Below, piece after piece: positions 17,597 through 27,049 of a stretch of DNA of 64,000 nt (its first letter is position 1; every line of letters starts with the position of its first letter). The notes under the pieces are model-generated. The model was not told the origin of the DNA and did not search any database. It saw only the letters and a program-made list of their open reading frames with translations. Position numbers and translations under genes: made by a program. The DNA lies in contig JBLNDA010000051.1 of the NCBI GenBank assembly GCA_050261175.1, positions 13,722-77,721 of the forward strand, written 5' to 3'. The stretch is from Clostridia bacterium (lineage in GTDB: Bacteria > Bacillota > SHA-98 > UBA4971).

Positions 17597-18574
17597 ATGC
17601 CGAAGTCCGTTAGATTCCCAGTAGCGACTACTTGTATGCTCGTGTTGGTTCTGACCTTGACATGCAGCGGGAGCCTGCTCGCCGGGGACGGCGATCCTCG
17701 GACGGATCCTCCGAGGGTCGTGCAGGTCTATCCGTCCGACGGCATGCAGCACGTTCCAGTGGATACAGCGATTCACATAGTCTTCAGCGAGACCATGGAT
17801 GCGGCCGCGGCCATGCAGGCTGTCACGATCTCCCCCGCACCTGAACTCGTCTATCCTTCCAGCTGGCAGTTCCTCAACAACAAAGCGATCATGGTCGTGA
17901 TCCCGGCGAAGCCTCTACGCTACTCCACCACCTACAAGGTGGTGGTGAGCAGGAGCGCGAGAGACTCTCAGGGCACGGAGATGGAGCGGGACTACTCGTG
18001 GTCTTTCACGACGGCCAAGAGCCCTCCCGCGCCTGTAGCAGTGCCTGCGAATGGCGGCTTTGCGGCGGGTGACCTCACGGGTTGGACCTGGAGCCACAGC
18101 GAGGCCGGGGGGTCACGGGCCGCCTCATGGTCCGTAGTGGCTGATGGAGAGCGCGAGCACGTGCTCAAGATCTCGCGGCCGCCCACGTTCGAGATGGGTT
18201 CCTGCGTGATCCAGCAGCGGATCGACTCGGAGGTGCCTGCGTCCGGCCTGGTGTTCCTGTCCTTCGACGCGCGGCTCGACGATTACACGCTGAAGGAGTA
18301 CACGACCGGCTCGACCTACCCGTTGAAAGTGGTCCTGACCTACCTCGACAGGAGCGGCGCGGAGCATTCGTTCGTGAAGGCATACTATTTCCATCTCCCT
18401 TCGGACGGCGGCATCGACAACTTTGCTGAGTTCGTGGAGCTCGGGAAGTGGACATCCAGGTCATACAACCTGAGCACGCTCGTCCCGAGGCCGGTGATCT
18501 TGAAGTCGTTGAGGTTCGAATGCTCGGGGTGGGCGTGGACCACCTTGCTCGACGACATAAAGCTGGTCTGGTGA
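17597..18574 (+). CDS. secreted protein: SbsA/Big_5-type Ig-like domain plus CBM-like beta-sandwich domain
   Basis: Signal peptide MPKSVRFPVATTCMLVLVLTLTCSGSLLAG. Ig-like segment PPRVVQVYPSDGMQHVPVDTAIHIVFSETMD. NGGFAAGDLTGWTW is typical of CBM4_9-like modules. Confidence 0.7.
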   Translation: MPKSVRFPVATTCMLVLVLTLTCSGSLLAGDGDPRTDPPRVVQVYPSDGMQHVPVDTAIHIVFSETMDAAAAMQAVTISPAPELVYPSSWQFLNNKAIMVVIPAKPLRYSTTYKVVVSRSARDSQGTEMERDYSWSFTTAKSPPAPVAVPANGGFAAGDLTGWTWSHSEAGGSRAASWSVVADGEREHVLKISRPPTFEMGSCVIQQRIDSEVPASGLVFLSFDARLDDYTLKEYTTGSTYPLKVVLTYLDRSGAEHSFVKAYYFHLPSDGGIDNFAEFVELGKWTSRSYNLSTLVPRPVILKSLRFECSGWAWTTLLDDIKLVW

Positions 18575-18618
18575 AGCGGGCGCGTCCGGCAGGCAACAGA
18601 CAGAAGGAGGGATTTGCC

Positions 18619-19476
18619 GTGGCGAAGAAGACCGTTCTCGACTTCGTGGACATGAAGCGGAGAGGGGAAAAGATCACGTTCCTTACTGCGTATGACTATC
18701 CCATCGCGTCGTTCGCCGAGAAAGCAGGCATCGACATGCTTCTCGTGGGCGATTCTCTCGGGATGGTCGTGTATGGGCTTCCCGGCACGATTCCCGTCAC
18801 CATGGACGAGATGATCATCCACAGCCGTGCCGTGCGAAGGGGCGCGCCGAACACGTTCGTCATCGGCGATATGCCCTTCATGTCGTACCAGTCGTCGGTG
18901 GAGAAGGCCGTCGAGAACGCCGGCCGGTTCTTGAAAGAAGCCCAGATGGATGCCATTAAGCTGGAAGGCGGGAGGAGGGTCATAAACCAGATAAGAGCCA
19001 TCGTGGACGCCGGCATTCCGGTGATGGGCCACATCGGTCTGACCCCCCAGAGCTCCGGGCAGCTCGGCGGGTTCAAGGCGCAAGGGCGCACTGCCGAGGC
19101 TGCTCGCGAACTCATTTTGGACGCCATCGCCATCCAGGAGGCTGGAGCGTTCGCTCTGCTCTTGGAGGCGATTCCGCCGGAAGTGGGCGAGGCGATAACG
19201 AAGAGGCTTACCATACCGGTCCTCAGCATCGGCGCGGGGATACACTGCGACGGTCAGCTCCTCATCAACGGCGACATGCTGGGGCTCGTTGAGGCGTTTA
19301 CGCCCAAGTTCGTAAAGAAGTACGCGAACCTGGCTGAGATCATCACCAACGCGATAAGCGAATACGTTCGCGACGTGAGAGACCTCAAGTTCCCCGAGGA
19401 CAAACACACGTACAAGATGAAGGAGGGTGAGCCGGAGAAGCTTGCGGAGTTTCTGAAGTCCCTTGACAGCCGGTGA
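18619..19476 (+). CDS. panB: 3-methyl-2-oxobutanoate hydroxymethyltransferase
   Basis: KITFLTAYDYP, LVGDSLGMV and GDMPFMSY motifs. GTG start with GAAGGAGGG RBS. The longer ORF from 18448 overlaps the upstream gene. Confidence 0.92.
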   Translation: MAKKTVLDFVDMKRRGEKITFLTAYDYPIASFAEKAGIDMLLVGDSLGMVVYGLPGTIPVTMDEMIIHSRAVRRGAPNTFVIGDMPFMSYQSSVEKAVENAGRFLKEAQMDAIKLEGGRRVINQIRAIVDAGIPVMGHIGLTPQSSGQLGGFKAQGRTAEAARELILDAIAIQEAGAFALLLEAIPPEVGEAITKRLTIPVLSIGAGIHCDGQLLINGDMLGLVEAFTPKFVKKYANLAEIITNAISEYVRDVRDLKFPEDKHTYKMKEGEPEKLAEFLKSLDSR

Positions 19477-19538
19477 AGGCCGGCGAACGCCCTAGCGGGA
19501 GGGCCGGCGGGACATGAGCTGTACGGAGGTGTTGCCAC

Positions 19539-20477
19539 TTGGACATGACGAGCGTGCGCGAAGCTCTCGAGCGGGCTGGCATTCCAGGCCGCGACCTTGC
19601 GGAACTGCCGAGTTCGACGAAGAGGTTCCCCGACGGTGCGCACTGGCGCGTGGAAGTCTCGGGTATCGAGACGACCGCGGTCCTCAGGGCATGTATCGAT
19701 GAAGCCAAGAAACAAAGGGTTCCGTTCCATCGGGCGATATCGGTGGTCCGCGGTGCGACGTGGGCCACCCGCGACGAGCTTGCGGAGTTTGCAAGGGTGG
19801 CCCACGATGAGAGGATCGAGGTCATCCTCACTCCCGGGCCGAGGCCCACATGGTACTCCGGGCGGCAGATCGCCACACCGGAAGGCGCCCTCTGCGGCAT
19901 GCGGCTGCGGGGCTGCGACATGGTCGCGCACTATGTCTACGATGTGATGCGCGCCGTGGAGATCGGGTTCCGCGGGTTCTTGGTTTGGGACGAGGGCGTT
20001 CTCATGGTGTTGAACGAGATGAAGAAGAACGGGGATCTGCCTCAGGATGTCACGTTCAAGGTGTCCATCTTCGCCGGGCACGCCAACGCCGCCGGGGCCA
20101 AGCTGCTGCAGGGCCTCGGGGCAGGTACGTTCAACCCCATCGCGGACAGCTCCCTTGCCGCTCTCGCCGCGATGCGGAAGGTCATCGACATCCCCATGGA
20201 CGTCCACGTTCAGATATTCGATACCTGGGGTGGCATGAACAGGTTCTACGAGACGCCGGAGATAGCGAGGGTCGCCGCGCCTTGCTACTTTAAGATGGAG
20301 AGCGGCACGAGCGTGGGCATGTACGCGCCGTGGGGTGCGTCCGAGGCCGCCCTGTCAGATCTCGGGAGGCTCAAGATCAAGTGCATCAGGACGATAACCG
20401 AGGTCATCAAAGATACATACCCTGATGTCAGAGTCTCCGACCACGGAGTCCCCGGACTTGCCATTCCTCAGCCTTGA
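19539..20477 (+). CDS. conserved hypothetical soluble protein (no family recognised)
   Basis: 312 aa with protein-like composition and no TM segment. Lies 62 nt after panB and is followed by a terminator hairpin. Confidence 0.7.
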   Translation: MDMTSVREALERAGIPGRDLAELPSSTKRFPDGAHWRVEVSGIETTAVLRACIDEAKKQRVPFHRAISVVRGATWATRDELAEFARVAHDERIEVILTPGPRPTWYSGRQIATPEGALCGMRLRGCDMVAHYVYDVMRAVEIGFRGFLVWDEGVLMVLNEMKKNGDLPQDVTFKVSIFAGHANAAGAKLLQGLGAGTFNPIADSSLAALAAMRKVIDIPMDVHVQIFDTWGGMNRFYETPEIARVAAPCYFKMESGTSVGMYAPWGASEAALSDLGRLKIKCIRTITEVIKDTYPDVRVSDHGVPGLAIPQP

Positions 20478-20501
20478 CCCGACCAATCCGGACGGTGTGG
20501 A

Positions 20502-20527
20502 GCGCACGGGAACCCCGTGCGCTTCTT
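20502..20527 (+). terminator. rho-independent terminator
   Basis: GCGCACGGG-aac-CCCGTGCGC followed by TTCTT. Confidence 0.6.
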
Positions 20528-20573
20528 GACTCTCTAGGGTGCGCAGCCTAACGTCTGACGCTGCAAGATACGC

Positions 20574-20602
20574 TTGCAGTATACCCTACGGGGTATTATG
20601 AT
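20574..20602 (+). promoter_or_regulatory. sigma-A-type promoter TTGCAG-N17-TATGAT
   Basis: Exact 17-nt spacer, in an AT-rich island 40 nt upstream of GTG 20642. Confidence 0.6.
20581..20596. promoter_or_regulatory. CsoR-family-like operator ATACCCTACGGGGTAT inside the promoter spacer
   Basis: ATACCC-N4-GGGTAT palindrome with a G/C tract centre. From memory it resembles the copZA operator type. Confidence 0.4.
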
Positions 20603-20641
20603 AGAAATAAAGTCTCACCAAACCTCGAGGGAGGGGAACAC

Positions 20642-21172
20642 GTGCGCACGAAACGGATTCTACTTCTCATCGCCCTTCTCCTAATCACCGGTGCTGTCGG
20701 GTACGCGGTCACTAACCGGCCGTCGGACACGGGGATCCAGCCTTCGCCATCGGTCGAGGAGGGGGGTCTTGCGCCGAACTTCATACTCAAGGCGCTTGAG
20801 GGCGGCGAAATCTCGCTCGAGAGCTACCGGGGCAAGGCCGTGGTCGTGGTGAATTTCTGGGCGACTTGGTGCCCTCCGTGCAGGGAGGAGATCCCGGATC
20901 TCGTTGACTTCCACAATGAGTACGAGGACAGAGGCGTTGTCGTCCTAGCGGTGAACCTCCGCGAACCGGAGGGTCATGTGCGCGACTTTGCGGAGAACGC
21001 GAAAATGGACATCCCTATCCTCCTCGATCTTTCAGGAGACGTCGCGAACGTGTATGAAGTCGAGGCGATACCGACCACCGTCGTCGTGGACAGGTCGGGG
21101 ATCATTAGATCGCGGATCGTCGGGATGACGAGCCGCGCGGAGCTCGAGGAGATCGTGAAACCGCTGCTGTAG
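20642..21172 (+). CDS. TlpA/ResA-family membrane-anchored thiol-disulfide oxidoreductase
   Basis: N-terminal TM anchor and active site WATWCPPCREE. 176 aa. RBS GAGGGAGGGG. Confidence 0.85.
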   Translation: MRTKRILLLIALLLITGAVGYAVTNRPSDTGIQPSPSVEEGGLAPNFILKALEGGEISLESYRGKAVVVVNFWATWCPPCREEIPDLVDFHNEYEDRGVVVLAVNLREPEGHVRDFAENAKMDIPILLDLSGDVANVYEVEAIPTTVVVDRSGIIRSRIVGMTSRAELEEIVKPLL

Positions 21173-21275
21173 GGCTGGGGCGCCGAAGGGGCCGGCCGCC
21201 TCGTGCGCGCCCGTGCCGGGGCTCTTCGCTCGCGCTGATGAGGGGACTGTCATGCCGGAACGGGCCTGTGGCAGT

Positions 21276-21315
21276 GGAGGCCGGGCGATGGAGACCGGGC
21301 GATGGAGGCCGGGTT
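21276..21315. repeat. 14-bp tandem repeat, ~2.8 copies
   Basis: GGAGGCCGGGCGAT / GGAGACCGGGCGAT / GGAGGCCGGGTT, in a convergent intergenic region. Confidence 0.7.
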
Positions 21316-21506
21316 CGGCACGCGCCCTGCCGGACACACACGCCGCCCGCCGTCTAGGCGACACCAGGCGCGAAAATGAGGAGAACCCGTCTGGCCGCAT
21401 GGCGCGAGAAAGGAGCCATCGAGCGGTCTCGGGTTCCACGAGGTGCAAAAACACGGGTGTTGCCGAAGCGCCACGAGTCTGAGGCGAGACACGCAGGCGA
21501 GGGCGA

Positions 21507-21698
21507 TCAGTGGGCCCGCTCCACCTTTCCGGAGCGCAGGCACCTGGTGCACACATAGATGCGCTTCGGGGCACCGTTCACGAGGGCTTTCACACGACGG
21601 ATGTTCGGCAGCCACTTGCGAGGAGTCTTGATGTCCGAGTGGCTGACCTGTCTGCCAACATGCGGGCTCTTGCCGCAGATCTCGCACCGATACGACAC
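21507..21698 (-). CDS. rpmB: 50S ribosomal protein L28
   Basis: (M)SYRCEICGKSPHVGRQVSHSDIKTPRKWLPNIRRVKALVNGAPKRIYVCTRCLRSGKV. GTG start with AGGAGG 8 nt upstream. Confidence 0.9.
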   Translation of the reverse strand: MSYRCEICGKSPHVGRQVSHSDIKTPRKWLPNIRRVKALVNGAPKRIYVCTRCLRSGKVERAH

Positions 21699-21735
21699 GA
21701 CGAGCACCTCCTTGTCTTGCAAAGACCCGACGTGT

Positions 21736-21764
21736 ATTGTATCATAGCGACGCAGGCCGCGCAA
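21736..21764 (-). promoter_or_regulatory. rpmB promoter TTGCGC-N17-TACAAT with extended -10
   Basis: Minus strand reads TTGCGCggcctgcgtcgctaTGaTACAAT. Confidence 0.5.
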
Positions 21765-22025
21765 GCGGCGGCGCGAAGCAGGCTTCGTACCGGCACCTCT
21801 GGTGCGCGGAAGGCTGCTTCGAAAGGATACGCCCGCCCGAGGCGCGGGCGGTAGCCGGGAGCGGCTACGCGCGTGGCCCCATGACGGATGGGGGCATTCT
21901 AGACACGGCGTCGACGTGCATACGATAGCGAAAAGGAATTTCACCTGGTGCGGAGAATGTAGAAACGGCTGGCTTTCTTACCTGGGCTCCGCTTCGTGGG
22001 GGCACGGCAGGGGGTATGGCGGTTA

Positions 22026-22403
22026 ATGGGCAAAGACGTCAGCACCGAACTTGGCCAGATAACCATCTCAGACGAGGTGATCGCGCTCGTTGCCGGCATG
22101 GCGGCGACTGAGTGCTACGGCTTGGTCGGGATGGCCTCACGAAACATCCAAGACGGGATTGCGGAGCTCCTGGGCGTGGAGAACCTGAGCCGCGGCGTTG
22201 AGGTGAAGTTGGCCGGCGACGAGGTAGTGATAGACCTGTACATCATCGTCGAGTACGGCACCAAGATCACCGAGGTCGCTCAGAATGTAATGGACAAGGT
22301 TCGCTACGTGGTCGAGAGCATGACCGGCCTGAAGGTGGCGAGGGTGAACATCACAGTTCAGGGTGTGAGGGTGACGCATGTCCGACAGGATAAGCGCACG
22401 TGA
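22026..22403 (+). CDS. Asp23/Gls24 (DUF322) family protein, YloU-like
   Basis: ISDEVIALVAGMAATECYGLVGM. Conserved pairing with the downstream DAK2 gene, divergent from rpmB as in B. subtilis. Confidence 0.85.
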   Translation: MGKDVSTELGQITISDEVIALVAGMAATECYGLVGMASRNIQDGIAELLGVENLSRGVEVKLAGDEVVIDLYIIVEYGTKITEVAQNVMDKVRYVVESMTGLKVARVNITVQGVRVTHVRQDKRT

Positions 22404-22425
22404 CCGGCAACAGGAGGTTGGCGCG

Positions 22426-24156
22426 TTGGGGCGTGATTTGCTAGATGCTGGAGATCTTGCGCGCGCGATCGCGGCCGGCACCGAATGGCTTGGGGCGAAC
22501 AAAGAACTAGTGAACTCTCTCAACGTATTCCCGGTCCCCGACGGTGATACCGGCACGAATATGCACCTTACGCTTCTGTCCGCCGTGCGCGAGGTTGAGA
22601 AAGTGGGCGGGGCGACGCTCTCAGAGGTGGCGGACGCCGCAGCCATGGGCTCGCTAATGGGGGCGCGGGGCAACTCCGGCGTAATATTATCGCAGCTTCT
22701 CCGGGGTTTTGCGAAAGGGGTCGAGGGCAAGGCTGAGCTCCGAGCCCAGGACCTTGCGCAAGCGCTGCAGGGCGCGGCCGCCATGGCGTACAAGGCGGTC
22801 ATGAAGCCGGTTGAGGGGACGATGTTGACCGTCGCGCGGGAAGCGGCTCGTTCGGCGACCCAGGGTGCCCGGGGAGGCCTTGACGTGCTCGCGCTCGCGG
22901 AAAGGGTTCTCGAAGATGCGCGCAAAGCCCTCGAGCGGACGCCGGAAATGCTCCCGACGTTGAAAGAGGCTGGCGTGGTCGACGCCGGGGGCCAGGGGTT
23001 GGTGTACTTCTGGGAGGGCGCCGTGAAAGCCCTCCGCGGCGAGGTGCCCGCCAGCCATCAAGAGCCGCTGCTCCAGGTCGCCCGGGGAACGGGGTCCGGT
23101 CAGGCTTCGCGGCAGTCAGAAGGGGCGGTGAAGGAGAGCCTCAGGTTCCGCTACTGCACGGAGGTCCTCCTCAAGGGGAGATCGCTGCCCCTCGATCGCA
23201 TCCGACAGGACCTGGCCGATGCTGGGGATTGCCTGCTCGTGGTCGGAACGAGCGACGTCGCCAAGGTGCACGTGCACACGAACCATCCCGGGCGCGTCCT
23301 TGAGTACTGCCTGCGTCTCGGGGACCTTCACGAGGTCCAGATAAACAACATGGCCGACCAGCACGAGGAGTTCGAGGCGCTGGGCTCTCCGGGGCGCGCG
23401 ACAGGCGGGCAGCGGAACGGCGCTTTGGCTGAGACGCGCGGGGCGCGGGCTGGGACGCCGGTATCCGCTGAAGCGAAGCCCCGACCCGAGGCGGTCGAGA
23501 AGCCTGTGGGGATAGTCGCAGTGGCGGTCGGCGAGGGGCTGGCGACGATCCTCCGGAGCCTTGGTGCCGACGTCGTGGTCGAGGGCGGACAAACAATGAA
23601 CCCGTCCATCGAAGAGCTCGCCAACGCCGCTCGACAAGTGAACGCGAAGAGCGTTGTCATCCTTCCCAACAACAGCAACGTGATCCTCACCGCCGAGAGA
23701 GTCAGGGAGTTCGTGGACAAGGCGGTCTCCGTCGTCCCCACGAAGACCATACCCCAGGGAGTCGCAGCGCTGGTCGCTTTCAACGCTGCCTCCGACATCG
23801 CCGCGAATGAACGAGCGATGAACGAGGCTCTGGGCCATGTGAGCACGGGCGAGGTCACCTACGCCGTGCGCAGTTCCAGCGTGAACGGGTTCACGATAGA
23901 CCAGAACGACGTCATCGGAATCAAGGATGGGGACATCTGCGCGGCCGGAAAGGACCGCGACGAAGTTGCCATGAGCCTGGCGAGCCAGATGGTGACCGAG
24001 GAGAGCTCCCTTCTGACGATATACTACGGGCAGGAGGTAAGCGCCTCGGAAGCCCAGGCGCTCGGAGAGCGACTTTCCGACATCTATCCTCATTGCGAGG
24101 TGGAGGTCCACTACGGCGGGCAGCCGCTCTATTATTACATCATGTCCGCCGAGTAG
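22426..24156 (+). CDS. DAK2 domain fusion protein YloV
   Basis: NVFPVPDGDTGTNM DAK2 motif and a large YloV-type C-terminal domain. TTG 22426 follows AGGAGG and lies after the yloU stop. An alternative ATG at 22378 would overlap yloU. Confidence 0.9.
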   Translation: MGRDLLDAGDLARAIAAGTEWLGANKELVNSLNVFPVPDGDTGTNMHLTLLSAVREVEKVGGATLSEVADAAAMGSLMGARGNSGVILSQLLRGFAKGVEGKAELRAQDLAQALQGAAAMAYKAVMKPVEGTMLTVAREAARSATQGARGGLDVLALAERVLEDARKALERTPEMLPTLKEAGVVDAGGQGLVYFWEGAVKALRGEVPASHQEPLLQVARGTGSGQASRQSEGAVKESLRFRYCTEVLLKGRSLPLDRIRQDLADAGDCLLVVGTSDVAKVHVHTNHPGRVLEYCLRLGDLHEVQINNMADQHEEFEALGSPGRATGGQRNGALAETRGARAGTPVSAEAKPRPEAVEKPVGIVAVAVGEGLATILRSLGADVVVEGGQTMNPSIEELANAARQVNAKSVVILPNNSNVILTAERVREFVDKAVSVVPTKTIPQGVAALVAFNAASDIAANERAMNEALGHVSTGEVTYAVRSSSVNGFTIDQNDVIGIKDGDICAAGKDRDEVAMSLASQMVTEESSLLTIYYGQEVSASEAQALGERLSDIYPHCEVEVHYGGQPLYYYIMSAE

Positions 24157-24307
24157 CGGCATACTTGTAGCCGGGCCGCGGCGTTTCTTCACGGGCCTGG
24201 GGCTTTCAGGCTGTCATCGAGACATGGCGGGGCTCGTGTGGTGGGTCCGGGATGCGTGCTGGCTCTGGGGTCGCGTTTCGTGAGTAGCAAGAAGGAGGAG
24301 GAGACCG

Positions 24308-25159
24308 ATGGCCAAGATTGCGGTAGTGACGGACTCCACGGCCGATCTCCCGCCGCACCTGTACAAGGAGTACGGGATCACGGTCGTGCCGCTCTTCGTG
24401 CACTTCGGAGACGAAGTGTACCGGGACGGCGTCGACCTCTCGAGCGAGGAGTTCTACGCCAAGCTCACCTCGACCAACGTCCTCCCGAGGACCTCCCAGC
24501 CGTCGCCCCACGATTTCCAGGTCGTGTACGAGCAGCTCGTATCGAGGTCAGACGGCGTCGTTTCCATACATCTTTCCAGCAAGCTGTCGGGGACGTACCA
24601 GTCTGCGATCATCGCGGCAGGCGCACTGAAAGGCGCACCAGTGCGGGTGATCGACGGCCGTCTCGCGTCCGCCGCCACGGGCCTTGTGGTTCTGGAAGCA
24701 GCGAGGATGGCCGCGGGGGGCGCCGGCATGGGCGAAATCGTGGCGAGGGTTGAGGAGCTCATCGGGAGCACGAGGGTCTTCTTCACAGTGGACACCCTCG
24801 AATACCTCGAGAAGAACGGGCGGATAGGGAAAGCCACCGCGTTCCTCGGCACCCTGCTGTCGATACGTCCGCTTCTGTGGATGCAGGACGGAGAGGTGGC
24901 ACCCTACGAGAAGGTGCGGGGCTCCAGGCAAAAGATCCTGATGAGGCTGGTTGAAGCGGCGGGAAAGCATGCCCCGGCGGGCAAGAAGCTGCGGGCGGCG
25001 GTCATTCACGCCGTGTCGCCCGACGAAGCCTCGGTCGTGAGAGATGCCGTGGAGAGGGAGCTTGCTTGTGAGGAGACCATCGTCACCACGGTTGGGCCTG
25101 TAATCGGGTCACACGCTGGACCGGGTACTGTTGCTATCGCGTTTCATCCCACCGACTAG
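24308..25159 (+). CDS. DegV-family fatty-acid-binding protein
   Basis: IAVVTDSTADLP N-terminus and colinear DegV fold. RBS GAAGGAGGAGGAG. Confidence 0.9.
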   Translation: MAKIAVVTDSTADLPPHLYKEYGITVVPLFVHFGDEVYRDGVDLSSEEFYAKLTSTNVLPRTSQPSPHDFQVVYEQLVSRSDGVVSIHLSSKLSGTYQSAIIAAGALKGAPVRVIDGRLASAATGLVVLEAARMAAGGAGMGEIVARVEELIGSTRVFFTVDTLEYLEKNGRIGKATAFLGTLLSIRPLLWMQDGEVAPYEKVRGSRQKILMRLVEAAGKHAPAGKKLRAAVIHAVSPDEASVVRDAVERELACEETIVTTVGPVIGSHAGPGTVAIAFHPTD

Positions 25160-25516
25160 GTGCGTCGGATGGCGCGCAGCCCGCACCTGGCGGCGAGAGG
25201 CGCCGCCGTGCGACCTGCGCGGCCCGGGCGGAGGTCCGTCCCGTCCGGGCCTTTCTGCGCTGGCAACTGACGTGCGCTGTCAACTGGCGAAAGTGACGGC
25301 AGAAATAAGACGACGGTCTTGCGACCGTCATCCCGTGGGAGAGGAGAAACCGGAGGAAGAGCTTATGGGGGAGGGTTTTGGAACCCCGGCACCGTCCAGG
25401 TGCCGTTTTCCTCGGCTCTTCTTTCGGTCATAGTTTGCACGTCGTTCGGTGCGTTATTCAGGTTTCTCTCTGGTAATTCACACCATATTCCGCCCTCTCG
25501 GGGGACACTATTAGCG

Positions 25517-26113
25517 ATGCGGGTGATTGCAGGCAAAGCCAAGGGCAGACGGCTTTTCGGAGCGTCCGGGATGAGGGCGCGCCCTATGACCGACACGGTG
25601 AAGAAGTCAGTGTTCGACATCCTCGCGCCGCGCATCGCCGGGGCGAGATGCCTGGATCTCTTCGCCGGCACGGGGTCGGTCGGTATCGAAGCGCTGAGCC
25701 GCGGTGCGGCGTTCGTCGTGTTTGTCGAATGCGACGCGAGGATGGTGGCTGTCATCCGGCGGAACCTGGAGGAGACTTCCCTTGCGGGGCCGGCCAGGGT
25801 GATCCACGCCGACGTGAGGTGGGCAATCCGGGTGCTGGCAGGTAAGGAGGAGCCTTTCGACATCGTGTTCCTGGATCCCCCGTACGGCCACGGCCTTGCT
25901 CCCGTCGCCCTCGACCTCGTAGCCAAGCACGGGATAGTCAAGCGGGACGGCATTGTGGTGGCGCGGCACGAACGCAGGCAGGAGATGCCATACCTCGGCG
26001 CGAATCTAAGACTCGTGAGACAGGAAAGATTCGGCGACACGGTCGTGTCCTTCTACAGGCCAGACGATGGGGGTGATGGAGGTAGTCACAGCAGTGTATC
26101 CGGGCAGCTTTGA
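25517..26113 (+). CDS. rsmD: 16S rRNA (guanine966-N2)-methyltransferase
   Basis: [16 protein letters not shown] motif [18 protein letters not shown], and FLDPPY. The upstream part of the ORF is not protein-like. Confidence 0.88.
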   Translation: MRVIAGKAKGRRLFGASGMRARPMTDTVKKSVFDILAPRIAGARCLDLFAGTGSVGIEALSRGAAFVVFVECDARMVAVIRRNLEETSLAGPARVIHADVRWAIRVLAGKEEPFDIVFLDPPYGHGLAPVALDLVAKHGIVKRDGIVVARHERRQEMPYLGANLRLVRQERFGDTVVSFYRPDDGGDGGSHSSVSGQL

Positions 26114-26567
26114 TCCGGTGACCAACGGTCACGTGGATATCGCGGAGCGCGCATCGAAGGTGTTCGGCAAGGTGGTCGTGGCGGTGCTCAACAACCCGGC
26201 CAAGGATGCGCTTTTCAGTGTGGACGAGCGTACCGAGATGCTGCAAGCGGCCCTCGGGCACCTGCCGAACGTGGAGATCACGCATTTCTCCGGCCTTCTC
26301 GTAGACTTCGCCCGGCGACACGGCGCGCAGGTGATCGTTCGCGGCCTGCGCGCGCTGTCTGACTTCGAATACGAGTTTCAGATGGCCTCGGTCAACCGCA
26401 AGATAGGAGGCGGTATCGAGACCGTCTTCATGATGACGGCCAACGAGTACGCTTTCTTGAGTTCGAGCATGGTGAAGGAAGTCGCCCGCTTCGGTGGGTG
26501 CGTGAGGGGTTTCGTGCCAGATCATGTGGCGCGCCGCCTCGCCGAGAAGTTCCGCCCTGCCGGGTGA
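26067..26567 (+). CDS. coaD: phosphopantetheine adenylyltransferase
   Basis: [16 protein letters not shown] and a conserved C-terminal SSSMVKE. The start could be ATG 26076. Overlaps the rsmD end. Confidence 0.92.
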   Translation: MGVMEVVTAVYPGSFDPVTNGHVDIAERASKVFGKVVVAVLNNPAKDALFSVDERTEMLQAALGHLPNVEITHFSGLLVDFARRHGAQVIVRGLRALSDFEYEFQMASVNRKIGGGIETVFMMTANEYAFLSSSMVKEVARFGGCVRGFVPDHVARRLAEKFRPAG

Positions 26568-26590
26568 GGCGGGCGTGACGAGGGGGAGCA

Positions 26591-27049
26591 GTGGTGGGTA
26601 AGACCAAGATCGTGGACCTTCTGGACAGGCTCGAGGAAACCATCGAGACAGCGCGACAGGTGCCGCTCCTCAACAGGGTGCTGGCCGACAGGTACGAGAT
26701 CCTAGAGATACTCGACCAGATACGCATCGCCTTGCCCGACGAGGTGAAACACGCCGAGGCGGTGCTTGCTGAGAAAGACCGCATCCTCGCCGAGGCGGCC
26801 GCCGAGGCGGAAAGGCTGAGGGCTTCGGCCAAGGACCATCTGGGCACGCTCATTTCCCAAGAGGAAGTGGTCAAGGCTGCCGAGGCCGAGGCCGCGAGGA
26901 TAGTCGAAGAGGCCAAGGCCCAGGCAAGCGAGATAAGGAGTGGCGCGGACGAATACGCTGCCCAGACCCTCCTGAAGATGGAAGAGAGCCTCCAGAAGAC
27001 TCTGAAAGTAGTCAGGCGCGGCGTCGAGGAACTGAAGAAGAAGGGCTAG
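26591..27049 (+). CDS. coiled-coil protein (ATPase subunit b/E-like repeat composition), function unknown
   Basis: 152 aa, Ala/Glu/Lys-rich heptad-like sequence. The 3' end overlaps the convergent ylbJ ORF by 38 nt. Confidence 0.6.
   Translation: MVGKTKIVDLLDRLEETIETARQVPLLNRVLADRYEILEILDQIRIALPDEVKHAEAVLAEKDRILAEAAAEAERLRASAKDHLGTLISQEEVVKAAEAEAARIVEEAKAQASEIRSGADEYAAQTLLKMEESLQKTLKVVRRGVEELKKKG

Noticed and set aside
21699-21944. Upstream 82 codons of the 145-aa minus-strand ORF containing rpmB
   Set aside because: L28 homology starts at the GTG at 21698, which has AGGAGG 8 nt upstream. The extension covers the mapped rpmB promoter and is not protein-like.
25345-25433. 22-codon ORF (MGEGFGTPAPSRCRFPRLFFRS) with a GGAGGAAG RBS and the hairpin GGCACC-gtcca-GGTGCC + GTTTTCC between degV and rsmD
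   Set aside because: The hairpin is more simply the degV terminator. The peptide has no features to support it, and such tiny ORFs arise by chance.
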